Shown here: in pieces, positions 44,981 through 52,956 of the stretch | Position numbering within the stretch: the stretch's first letter is position 1 | Layout: the number at the start of each line of letters is the position of its first letter | IMG/VR virus record: IMGVR_UViG_3300020215_000057 | Location: 1-58,198 of that record | Strand: one strand, 5' to 3' | Source: a virus | Lineage: Duplodnaviria > Caudoviricetes | DNA length: 58,198 bases | Translations under genes and position numbers: made by a program | The notes under the pieces: model-generated | Told to the model about the DNA's origin: nothing | Database searches by the model: none | Seen by the model: the letters and a program-made list of their open reading frames with translations, nothing else

Positions 44981-45984
44981 TGTTCACCGCGGGACTTGCT
45001 GGCGTGGTGAGCTCTGGCGGATCTAGTGTTACCGTTGATACATCGATCACGGACGGCTCAACAAACCCAGTCACGAATAATGCAATTCATGATGCTTTGG
45101 CCTTAAAGGCCGATCTTACTATTGACGTTCAGACTTTCTCAGCGAGCGGTACATGGACAAAGCCCGCTGGTAAATTTAATTCAGTCACAGTTTACATGGT
45201 AGGCGGCGGCGGCGGCGGAGGATCTGGTCGCCGAGGTGCTACGGGTACTTATACTGGAGGCGGCGGAGGTGGGGCTGGTGGCTCCTATAACGTCGCAAAA
45301 TTCACATACTCTTCTCTAGATGCTACCGTTGCCGTAACAATCGGTGCCGGTGGCACAGCAGGTGCTGCCCGAACAGCCGATGATACCGATGGCGCCGCTG
45401 GCGGTACAGGGGGCACGACAAGTTTTGGGAATCACTTTCAAGCTTTAGGTGGAGGAGCCGGCACTGGTGGGTCATCAGCCACGGCAGCTAACGGCGGGAC
45501 CACTCAAAGATCTTCAGTCTATGGAGCGCTGATCGCTTCAGCAAGCTCTAGCATTTCAGGCGTCAACGCTGGCGGTAGAAACGGGTCTTCCTCTGGTGGC
45601 GCAGGTGGTTCGATCTCAGGGCCTGGCGCTGGAGGCGGTGGTTCAGGTGGTTCATGTACATCGGCTAATGCGGCAGCAAACGGTGGCCTTGGCGGTACAG
45701 CTTTAACCGATTATCCAGCGATCACTCCAACGGGCGGCGCTGTAGGTACTGGAGGCGGTGCAGGTGGTAATGGTCAAACCTTTACGCCTACAGGAATCTA
45801 CCAGCATATCTTTGGAGCTTCAGGCGCTGGAGGCGGAGCAAGTGCAATAGCTGCGGCTGCTGGCACTGGTGGTAACGGTGCCTTTGGTAGTGGTGCAGGC
45901 GGAGGCGGTGGTAGCCGTAACGGGAATAACTCCGGAGCGGGTGGCGTAGGTGGCGATGGATATTGCTTAGTGGTAACGGAGTAA
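44980..45984 (+). CDS. Glycine-rich tail fibre/adhesin-like protein
   Basis: QTF.ASGTWTKPAG..V.V..VGGGGGGGSG; GG.GGDG..LV.T end. Confidence 0.8.
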   Translation: MFTAGLAGVVSSGGSSVTVDTSITDGSTNPVTNNAIHDALALKADLTIDVQTFSASGTWTKPAGKFNSVTVYMVGGGGGGGSGRRGATGTYTGGGGGGAGGSYNVAKFTYSSLDATVAVTIGAGGTAGAARTADDTDGAAGGTGGTTSFGNHFQALGGGAGTGGSSATAANGGTTQRSSVYGALIASASSSISGVNAGGRNGSSSGGAGGSISGPGAGGGGSGGSCTSANAAANGGLGGTALTDYPAITPTGGAVGTGGGAGGNGQTFTPTGIYQHIFGASGAGGGASAIAAAAGTGGNGAFGSGAGGGGGSRNGNNSGAGGVGGDGYCLVVTE

Positions 45985-45989
45985 TTGAA

Positions 45990-46271
45990 ATGAATAGCGT
46001 TAGAAGATTTGCGATCATCGAAAAGGGCGTAGTAGAGAACATCATCGTATGGGATGAGCGCACGCCCTATCAGTTTCCAGAAGGCAAAAAGGTAGCACCC
46101 CTTGATAGTGAGAACGAACACCTGAAGATTGGCGATAAAATCAATAGCGTTGATGTGGAAATCTTTAAATCAGAAGAGATAAAGCCCATCGAAGTAGTAG
46201 AGGAAACTCCACCGCTACCAGAGAAAAAGCCAAAGCGCCCTTGGTGGAAAGTGCTACTTTTTATCAAGTAG
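45990..46271 (+). CDS. Partner (assembly/chaperone) of the Gly-rich fibre
   Basis: RFAII..GVVENIIVWD motif typical downstream of such proteins. Confidence 0.6.
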   Translation: MNSVRRFAIIEKGVVENIIVWDERTPYQFPEGKKVAPLDSENEHLKIGDKINSVDVEIFKSEEIKPIEVVEETPPLPEKKPKRPWWKVLLFIK

Positions 46272-46530
46272 CCACGTAGCGATCGAGCTCCGAATATAAA
46301 CACTCCATCAAATACTGGCGCTCCTGGATGTCAGCGACATGGTAGAGCATCTTCATATAATCCACAGGCAGCGTATGCTGACCGAGTTCAATCTGTGCGA
46401 TGAAGGAATTACTCACGCCAATGAGGCCCGCGAGATCACGCTGTGAGAGCCCACGATGCGCTCTAAACCACTTAGAGAAGAACACGATACCCTTAGGCTC
46501 ATTGCTTATTTTTTGTTTCTTAGCTGCCAT
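46264..46530 (-). CDS. XRE-family HTH regulator
   Basis: RGLSQRDLAGLIGVSNSFIAQIELG. Confidence 0.85.
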   Translation of the reverse strand: MAAKKQKISNEPKGIVFFSKWFRAHRGLSQRDLAGLIGVSNSFIAQIELGQHTLPVDYMKMLYHVADIQERQYLMECLYSELDRYVAT

Positions 46531-47053
46531 AGACCCCCCCAACAAAGAGTTTCTTAAGCTCTTCAACCTTATAAACATACGAGGAATAAACCAAGGTATT
46601 GTTAATATTGCGGTGCCCCAAAGCGAACTGCACGAGCCTGATATCTCGGTGGCGTTTGAATAATTCTATAGCAAAGGTGTGCCTTAGTTTATGGAGAGAC
46701 TTATCGCCAAGCCTGAAGTTCTGCCAGATCTGTCGGAACCTGCGCGTAGAGATTGGAAACAGAAGGTCGTTTGAACCGATACGGTTTTCACCCAAATAGC
46801 TTTTCAGGCGCTTCGCTAGTGAATCAGTCAGTGGTAGCTCTCGACTATCTGAGCCCTTAGCACCCCTAATAAAGATCATTTTGTCAGCCAGGTTTATATC
46901 ACTACCGATGGTTTGACTGATCTCTTCCTGACGAGCGCCAGTGAACAGCAATAGCTCTACAATCAACGCATCACGATCGCGCCTGGTAGAGAGTAGGGTG
47001 GTGAGTTCTTTTAATTCTGAGGCGTTTAAGTGGCTATCCTTATTGAGAGGCAT
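46520..47053 (-). CDS. Minimal tyrosine recombinase (catalytic domain only, 177 aa)
   Basis: TGARQEE, GAKG, HKLRHTFA, LGHRNI..TLVY. Confidence 0.9.
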   Translation of the reverse strand: MPLNKDSHLNASELKELTTLLSTRRDRDALIVELLLFTGARQEEISQTIGSDINLADKMIFIRGAKGSDSRELPLTDSLAKRLKSYLGENRIGSNDLLFPISTRRFRQIWQNFRLGDKSLHKLRHTFAIELFKRHRDIRLVQFALGHRNINNTLVYSSYVYKVEELKKLFVGGVYGS

Positions 47054-47345
47054 GCTTCACCTCCGCAGTGGAGTAGATTGCTTGACAGATGTCGGACGAG
47101 AGGGCGCTTGAGGTGCCAAGATCCCATGCTAACCGTTTGATAGAGTAAACCTGATCGGGATGAACCTTTTTTCCAATATGCTTTTCAATGGAGGCTAAGG
47201 CTCTTAGGCCTCTCTGAGATTGCACCTCCATCTCGGCTCTCGCTTCGGGTGATAAGGGCTGATCGTCGATGAATATGTAGTGAGCGACCACTAGAAGAAT
47301 AAGAGCGTTTAACGATAGTGATAGATAGAATATTGCTTTTTTCAT
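47040..47345 (-). CDS. N-terminal TM protein
   Basis: AAGGA RBS; LSLSLNALILL. Confidence 0.7.
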   Translation of the reverse strand: MKKAIFYLSLSLNALILLVVAHYIFIDDQPLSPEARAEMEVQSQRGLRALASIEKHIGKKVHPDQVYSIKRLAWDLGTSSALSSDICQAIYSTAEVKHASQ

Positions 47346-47374
47346 TGGTATAATCCTTTTATTTGGGGGTTAAC

Positions 47375-47731
47375 GTGGGTACTGAATTTAAAAATGAGCT
47401 TGGTTTCGTCGATCTTCCTAAACAACTCGCCAAAGAGAAGGCCGATGCCGCAAAAGACTGGGCTACACTTCAGAGCCAACAAATGATTCAGCCTGACCCA
47501 GGATTTTGGCAATCTCTCGCTAATGGTGTTAAGAATTTCGCTGCTGAAAAGAAACTTGACTACGCTGAGATGAGAGCCGGTGGCAACGCCAATCCTTTCG
47601 CTGAAGATCCTGAAGAGAACAGACGCTATGACATCGTGGAGCGCATGAGAAAGGCTCGCCAAGCGGAGCAACCCGTTGATCAGGAGCTTAACAGCGAGTG
47701 GCTCAGGCTTCTTCAGCGAGGCGAATACTAG
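47375..47731 (+). CDS. Hypothetical protein in opposite orientation with own extended -10
   Basis: TGGTATAAT at 47346..47354; GGGGG RBS. Confidence 0.6.
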   Translation: MGTEFKNELGFVDLPKQLAKEKADAAKDWATLQSQQMIQPDPGFWQSLANGVKNFAAEKKLDYAEMRAGGNANPFAEDPEENRRYDIVERMRKARQAEQPVDQELNSEWLRLLQRGEY

Positions 47732-47856
47732 CCTATCCACGACGCCACTCCAACGATGAGATAATAAATCAGCGCAAATTCTGCGGCGGTATAGCCGATA
47801 AATGCCAGCCATTTTAGCCCAGGATTGCTTTGTATGGATTTGAGAACTTTACTCAT
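47728..47856 (-). CDS. Small membrane protein (42 aa)
   Basis: MSKVLKSIQSNPGLKWLAFIGY..; overlaps upstream stop, GAGG RBS. Confidence 0.55.
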   Translation of the reverse strand: MSKVLKSIQSNPGLKWLAFIGYTAAEFALIYYLIVGVASWIG

Positions 47857-48103
47857 GTTCGCCTCTGGCTTTGGCGAGCGTCTCTTCGATTCTCAATTGG
47901 AGTTGTGATGACCAAATTTCTGATTGGTCGCCGTCTAAAACCTCTTGGAGCAATTCATATAGGTCTGGTGCAGCTGCAATGAGACGAGCGTTAGCTTTAA
48001 AGTCCTTATTTCCTGTGTTTAACAGTGCCACAGTTAAGGTACCGTCAGGCCCAGCCACGGCAGTCTCTTCGTTTATCCAAGGTCCTGGTGTAAATTTAAG
48101 CAT
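47849..48103 (-). CDS. TPGPW/ANARLIAAAP-family phage protein
   Basis: FTPGPW..ANARLIAAAPDLYELL. Confidence 0.75.
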   Translation of the reverse strand: MLKFTPGPWINEETAVAGPDGTLTVALLNTGNKDFKANARLIAAAPDLYELLQEVLDGDQSEIWSSQLQLRIEETLAKARGEHE

Positions 48104-48317
48104 GTTCGCCTCCGCTATCCTTATCGGTTGGTTTGTCTGATAACTTTATACCGCGATTGATGAGCTCCTCACTCGCTAGACACGCCAGTAGCTCATTGAT
48201 CTCATCGCGGGCGCCTTGTTGCGATTGGTTCAGGTAGATCTGATTTAGTTGATCGTCGGTCGCAATTTTAGCGAGGCGTTTGAAACCATCGATGAAGTCC
48301 TGGTACTCGTTACTCAT
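48096..48317 (-). CDS. Hypothetical protein
   Basis: GGAGG RBS; coupled. Confidence 0.65.
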   Translation of the reverse strand: MSNEYQDFIDGFKRLAKIATDDQLNQIYLNQSQQGARDEINELLACLASEELINRGIKLSDKPTDKDSGGEHA

Positions 48318-48442
48318 AGGCCTGCCTCCAATCTAATAAGATCAATTAAGGTCTGCTGCAATAGCCACGTCTCGGCGCTGTATGGGCCCATACGGAGCTC
48401 CATCAGTGCTGCGTGCAGGGCGAAAGTTAGGGGTGAGATCAC
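48314..48442 (-). CDS. Small hypothetical protein (42 aa)
   Basis: Fills gap with GTGA/ATGA coupling. Confidence 0.45.
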   Translation of the reverse strand: MISPLTFALHAALMELRMGPYSAETWLLQQTLIDLIRLEAGL

Positions 48443-48729
48443 GACTCACCTCGCGCTTTCTTGAGGGCAGTTTCGATATAAACTAATGAACGCGCCAACA
48501 CAGGATCGTCCTGTGATCTCAATTTGGCTTCGATATGAACCTTGCAGACTTCTAGAGCCTCGTAGAGCTCCGGCGCTGCGGATATGAGAGCGGCGTTGGC
48601 CTTTGCTTTGCCCATAAATTGGCCCGTAGTCTCGGCAACAGCCTGAGTATGGCTATCAATTAAAAAGTGACCGTCGGAGAATCTCATAAGGGAAACCTTC
48701 CAAGGCCCATGCGTAAATTTCGGTTTCAT
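48439..48729 (-). CDS. TPGPW/ANARLIAAAP-family phage protein
   Basis: FTHGPW..ANAALISAAPELYEAL. Confidence 0.75.
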   Translation of the reverse strand: MKPKFTHGPWKVSLMRFSDGHFLIDSHTQAVAETTGQFMGKAKANAALISAAPELYEALEVCKVHIEAKLRSQDDPVLARSLVYIETALKKARGES

Positions 48730-48905
48730 TTTTCCTCCGGGTTTGCTTTAAGTAAAATTGCCTCGACAGCATGAGATAAATCATCAACGCCACCGATATG
48801 ATCTAAACATCTCTTAAGTAGCTCGAACATTTGATTATTTCTAGGATTATAAATAAGGCCTCGCTTATCAAAGGACCACGGTCCTGGTGTGTGGTTATTT
48901 CCCAT
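48726..48905 (-). CDS. Short TPGPW-family protein
   Basis: GGAGG RBS; HTPGPW. Confidence 0.6.
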   Translation of the reverse strand: MGNNHTPGPWSFDKRGLIYNPRNNQMFELLKRCLDHIGGVDDLSHAVEAILLKANPEEK

Positions 48906-49046
48906 AAAAACCTCCAACGACAAATGTTCGCGCCGACTGATTGAACGGTAACTTTACATAAAATATATCTCCCGATCGCTTGCACATTAGTTCAAGAGTG
49001 TTCGCTAAAGGGAAAATTGCGGTTATTAAGAATAGATGATGCGTAC

Positions 49047-49442
49047 TCATGGTTTGCCTCCAGATTTGTTTTTAAGGGTTGAAATAGCCTCTGATAAAAG
49101 TTCGAGCTCAATAGCGTGCAAATACGCGCGTCCGTCCTCATCGCATGAGACGACGATACCGCCTAGGGATGCCAAAATTTCACCGCAGTCGTCCTCGACA
49201 TAGGCAAAAAGGACTTCGTATGAGCCGTTCTCGAAGCGTTTAGTCCATGTTTCAGGTGAGTCGATATCGCCGATATAGTTTATCCAGCAATCCTGCTCGT
49301 GCTCGAATTTCACCTCTAGACCGATTTCACGAGCTAGTGCAACGTCGCGTGCCAGTTTCAGCGACTGAAGAGCGTTTTCGCCCACGACATACCAGGCCTG
49401 GTGAGTACGGCATTCTTTATATGTTTTTAGGATAGATTTCAT
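49047..49442 (-). CDS. Hypothetical protein
   Basis: Coupled ORF; GEILASLGGI. Confidence 0.7.
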   Translation of the reverse strand: MKSILKTYKECRTHQAWYVVGENALQSLKLARDVALAREIGLEVKFEHEQDCWINYIGDIDSPETWTKRFENGSYEVLFAYVEDDCGEILASLGGIVVSCDEDGRAYLHAIELELLSEAISTLKNKSGGKP

Positions 49443-50461
49443 TGGGTACCGCCTACGGCTTTAAGGTTAGTTCTGCGTTTGCCCTTAGAGGATTTAACTG
49501 GTTTCACTGGTAACAATCGATAGACTGAAAAATAGGTCTGAAACTGGCCCGACTCATCGTGTGAGAATATGAAGTTACCATCGGGCTCTTTATCTAAGAG
49601 TTCTGCGAGAATAGCCGTAGGGTCACCAATGCGAACTGGCACGCCAGCATATGAATGCGAACGCCACGAATCGGTCATACCGCCAACGAAACGCTCAATG
49701 AATTCAATTCTGTCGGCCTTTTCTAAGGTCTTGATAGTATCAGGCTCGACGCATTTACTGGGTTCATTAGCCCAATCATCGATGTTACTCACTGAATATT
49801 CAGCGAAACAACCGCAATTGATGCCAACGCCGTCGCGATGGTTATAATGATAGCCGTCGTCGATCGTATCGTAGACTCCGCATTCAGTGCATCTGTTCAC
49901 TGAGTCGTAAAAATAGGTATCGTCGACCTTGTTAGCCTTAAAGAATTTATCAAGTGAATAACCTAAAAGCGGAATGTGGTGGTAAAAATGCCAGCCACTC
50001 ATTATAAGCCAATACTCACCGTTCTCAGCCTCACCACAATCTTCAATACCTAAGCGATAGGCATCGCAACCGTTAATAATTTCGTATAACGAATCCTTAG
50101 CCGCGGTGTTATTAATAGTCTGTCTAGGCGTGAGAGTGTGGCACTCAACGATCTTAACAAAGCCTAGATATTGAGTTACCATCTCACCCTTTTTGTCGCA
50201 GTAGTTACGTTTATAACCCTCGACTTTTTTAGCGAGAATGATAGCCTCTGTTATCTGGATTTCACGCCAGCCGTTTGTTTCCTTAAGATCTTTAGCAATG
50301 CCGTTAGTTCTAAGACCTAACTCTTTTGCGCGCGCCTTGAGCTCTGGGATGCCGGCGCTATCATCGTAAAGGTTTGGCAGGATTTCATAACGTGTCGAAC
50401 TAGTAGAGAATCTAGGGCCATCGGATGCATATATAGAGTGGTATTTAATCATTCGTTTCAT
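49439..50461 (-). CDS. Hypothetical 340-aa protein, first gene of the leftward operon
   Basis: AGGAG RBS; CTECG..CGC; SGQFQ.YF. Confidence 0.8.
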   Translation of the reverse strand: MKRMIKYHSIYASDGPRFSTSSTRYEILPNLYDDSAGIPELKARAKELGLRTNGIAKDLKETNGWREIQITEAIILAKKVEGYKRNYCDKKGEMVTQYLGFVKIVECHTLTPRQTINNTAAKDSLYEIINGCDAYRLGIEDCGEAENGEYWLIMSGWHFYHHIPLLGYSLDKFFKANKVDDTYFYDSVNRCTECGVYDTIDDGYHYNHRDGVGINCGCFAEYSVSNIDDWANEPSKCVEPDTIKTLEKADRIEFIERFVGGMTDSWRSHSYAGVPVRIGDPTAILAELLDKEPDGNFIFSHDESGQFQTYFSVYRLLPVKPVKSSKGKRRTNLKAVGGTQ

Positions 50462-50515
50462 ATTTATAACTCCTGTTTTGGGCTCGTCCCTTGAGCCGGT
50501 TATACAGATCTATAA

Positions 50516-50532
50516 AGCACACGGTGTGCCAA
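50516..50532 (-). promoter_or_regulatory. Sigma54 (RpoN) promoter
   Basis: Minus strand TTGGCACACCGTGTGCT, GG-N10-GC. Confidence 0.7.
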
Positions 50533-50556
50533 AGTTTCAGAGCGTGAAATTTCAAG

Positions 50557-50576
50557 TGCTTAGTACCTGCTTAGCA
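50557..50576. promoter_or_regulatory. 20-bp operator, copy 3
   Basis: TGCTTAGTACCTGCTTAGCA. Confidence 0.65.
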
Positions 50577-50692
50577 GATCTTGAGGCGTCGAACTTATTG
50601 ACGCTTGGGTGCGCTAAGGTGAGATTTCAGAGTGGAAATAGCTGAAATCAATAGAGATTTGAGCAATCGTCGAACTTCTGTACGATGTCGCG

Positions 50693-50712
50693 TGATTAGT
50701 CAGTGCTTAGCA
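50693..50712. promoter_or_regulatory. 20-bp operator, copy 4
   Basis: TGATTAGTCAGTGCTTAGCA. Confidence 0.55.
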
Positions 50713-50736
50713 GCGCGTCGTGAATGTAAGCAAAGA

Positions 50737-50751
50737 TGAGAATGATTATCA
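50737..50751. promoter_or_regulatory. Fur box-like site
   Basis: TGAGAATGATTATCA, one mismatch to the 7-1-7 TGATAATnATTATCA. Confidence 0.6.
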
Positions 50752-51078
50752 ATTAAGATTTCATTAGGCAATGAAACAATTTGTGTAACAATAAAATGAA
50801 TCGATTGACCCCCTGACCTTATATATAGTTGGAACCTAAGAGCTCCATCGTTGACTACCGCTTATAACCAGAAACGGCAATATTCGACTAATGATTTCAA
50901 TGGGTTAGACCAGCGCCAAAAACGCCTAGATTTGTTGATTTTAGGCTAGAAAACGGCCAGTTTTAGTTGGCTCAAATCGAATAGGGGGGGGTGGGGGTCT
51001 AATTTATATAAATATTTATGTAATTCATCGCCACCCAAAATTTTTAACCAAATTTCACAATATCTTCACATCTGGTCT

Positions 51079-51098
51079 TGCTAAGTAATTACTAAGCA
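51079..51098. promoter_or_regulatory. 20-bp operator, copy 5 (before the packaging operon)
   Basis: TGCTAAGTAATTACTAAGCA; 19/20 to the reverse complement of copy 1. Confidence 0.75.
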
Positions 51099-51113
51099 CT
51101 TACGCTTATCCTA

Positions 51114-51779
51114 GTGAATTCCTTAACTCACCAAATCGATCTGACGGCACTGCAATCCCTCGAGCAAGATCAGGTAGCTGACTTCCTGCCCTCGATCATC
51201 CGTGAGCGTGTGAACGCGATCCCCTCTGAAATCTACGATATGCCCTTCGAAGCTCTCGAGCGCAAGCTCTCAGTCGATGGCCATGTGCCTATTGAGCTCT
51301 CACGCGTTCGTATAGCCTTCTGGCTCGAATTTGAGCGAGCAAGCCGCACAGGCATACCCTTCTCTCTCGCCGCCGTCTGTGGAGGCGTTATGGGGCTCTC
51401 AAAGCTTCAGAAGGAAGTCCTAGCGAATTCCTATCGCCTGGCCTACATAATCACGCCACCGCCGTCCTATGCGCTCGTAATGGACGAGTTCCTCCACTAT
51501 GGCCTTCAGCTTCAGCGCGAGATCCTAAACATGCCACATGTAAACCCTAAGAACGGGCGCACTGACACCGCCATGCTTAGCCTCAAGAACAAGATCATCG
51601 AAGGCATCCATAACCGAGTTAAGGGAATGCCGACCTCAAAGAGCGTACATATCCAAAAACAGCTTGGCGAGGGTGAACTTATAAACCCAGCGGGCGATAT
51701 TAAGGAAATCGACGCCAAGATCGCAGAGCTCGAATCAAGCGAGAAGGAAGTGAAGTCCTTACGGCGAGGCGAATCGTGA
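51114..51779 (+). CDS. Possible terminase small subunit
   Basis: First gene of the operon leading to terL; helical; positional call only. Confidence 0.5.
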   Translation: MNSLTHQIDLTALQSLEQDQVADFLPSIIRERVNAIPSEIYDMPFEALERKLSVDGHVPIELSRVRIAFWLEFERASRTGIPFSLAAVCGGVMGLSKLQKEVLANSYRLAYIITPPPSYALVMDEFLHYGLQLQREILNMPHVNPKNGRTDTAMLSLKNKIIEGIHNRVKGMPTSKSVHIQKQLGEGELINPAGDIKEIDAKIAELESSEKEVKSLRRGES

Positions 51780-52315
51780 GCGTGATCCTAACCATCCTCT
51801 CCGCATGGCTACTCGCTGACTTTCTCTCAGGCCTATTCCATTGGTACGAAGATCGCCTGCTGATCGAGCCATCGCGATTCAAGCTTATCGAGCAAATAAG
51901 AATCGATAACGAACTTCACCATGTCCAGCCCTACGCGATGACAAGGCTTCCGTGGGTAGACAATATTTACCAATCGGTATATGTAGCTTCTCCAGTTTCT
52001 CTTTGTTTAAGCCTTGCCGGCGCGCCGGTTGTTATCTCTTTGGCGATTCTCTTCCTAGGCTTCGCTAACCTCGTCCATCGCTGGGCGCACATTCATCCAA
52101 AGAAACTTAATCGATTCATTAGATTCATGCAGTCGCTGGGACTTTTTATCTGCTTCGATCATCACAATTCTCACCACTTCTCTGAAGGCACTGGCCGCAT
52201 TACTAAAGAAAACTCAACCTCTCACTACTGCGTTATGACCTGCTGGCTAAATCCGATCTTAGACAGAATTCGATTCTTTAAATTCCTAGAGCTTATATTC
52301 ATGAGGCGTAAATGA
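51776..52315 (+). CDS. CarF/TMEM189(PEDS1)/FAD4-family lipid desaturase
   Basis: ADFLSGLFHW..D, ELHH..P, HRWAH, HHNSHH, YCVMTCWLNPILD..FF..LE; TM segments. Confidence 0.88.
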   Translation: MSVILTILSAWLLADFLSGLFHWYEDRLLIEPSRFKLIEQIRIDNELHHVQPYAMTRLPWVDNIYQSVYVASPVSLCLSLAGAPVVISLAILFLGFANLVHRWAHIHPKKLNRFIRFMQSLGLFICFDHHNSHHFSEGTGRITKENSTSHYCVMTCWLNPILDRIRFFKFLELIFMRRK

Positions 52316-52461
52316 CCAATCTACAATTCTTCGCAATCATCATGGCTCTAGCTGTGATCGCAGCGAACACTTACGAAAATGACGAAATCATGCAGTTCAC
52401 CTGGCGAGGGATCTCCTGGGCCTCGTGCTTCTGCCTAGCCTACGAGGTTCTAGCTATATGA
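52312..52461 (+). CDS. Small two-TM peptide (49 aa)
   Basis: ATGA coupling on both sides; GAGG RBS. Confidence 0.55.
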   Translation: MTNLQFFAIIMALAVIAANTYENDEIMQFTWRGISWASCFCLAYEVLAI

Positions 52462-52733
52462 CACCAGAAGAAGTAACAAAGCTTGAGAGCTATATTAAAA
52501 CCCTACCCTTCATTTGGCCGATCGCCATGATTGCGATCTATCCGAACAAGATGGGTAATTACTTCTTTCAAAACGCGCCTAAGTTCTTTGTCGATATAAC
52601 GCTCGAGTGCCCTGAGACAAAGAAAACCATGGTTATCCAAAAGAACGCCAAGGACTTGCTACGAAAGATCAACCAACACGAAAAATACAAACACCTCAAG
52701 GATGAAGTGAATGAGACGAAACAAGAGAGTTAG
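52458..52733 (+). CDS. Hypothetical protein
   Basis: GAGG RBS. Confidence 0.6.
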   Translation: MTPEEVTKLESYIKTLPFIWPIAMIAIYPNKMGNYFFQNAPKFFVDITLECPETKKTMVIQKNAKDLLRKINQHEKYKHLKDEVNETKQES

Positions 52734-52956
52734 AAATAAAACTGCCTGCATTGGTTTATTCAGCAAAAAGCGCCAGCTTGAGGCGCTCACTCAGCACATC
52801 AATGAATTGGTGCGTGAGCTCGATCACAGGTTCCAGATGTACGCGAAAGCTAACGTCTCACCGCGCGAGATGCTCTGTCGTTTAGCTTCGCTTCGCCGTG
52901 AGATCGATCAGTCCTTCATTAGAGCCCGAGAGCTTGAGGCGAGCCAAATCCATTGA
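52711..52956 (+). CDS. Basic coiled-coil hypothetical protein
   Basis: Coupled to terL. Confidence 0.55.
   Translation: MRRNKRVRNKTACIGLFSKKRQLEALTQHINELVRELDHRFQMYAKANVSPREMLCRLASLRREIDQSFIRARELEASQIH

Noticed and set aside
44980-45984. Tandem DNA repeat
   Set aside because: Low complexity reflects Gly codons with varied third positions, not a nucleotide repeat.
47775-47802. Sigma28-like CAAA-N15-GCCGATAA on the plus strand
   Set aside because: Inside a minus-strand gene with no downstream plus-strand ORF; likely chance.
46264-47860. Invertible segment controlled by the small recombinase
   Set aside because: No inverted repeats found by eye around the opposite-strand gene or the fibre cassette; not excluded computationally.
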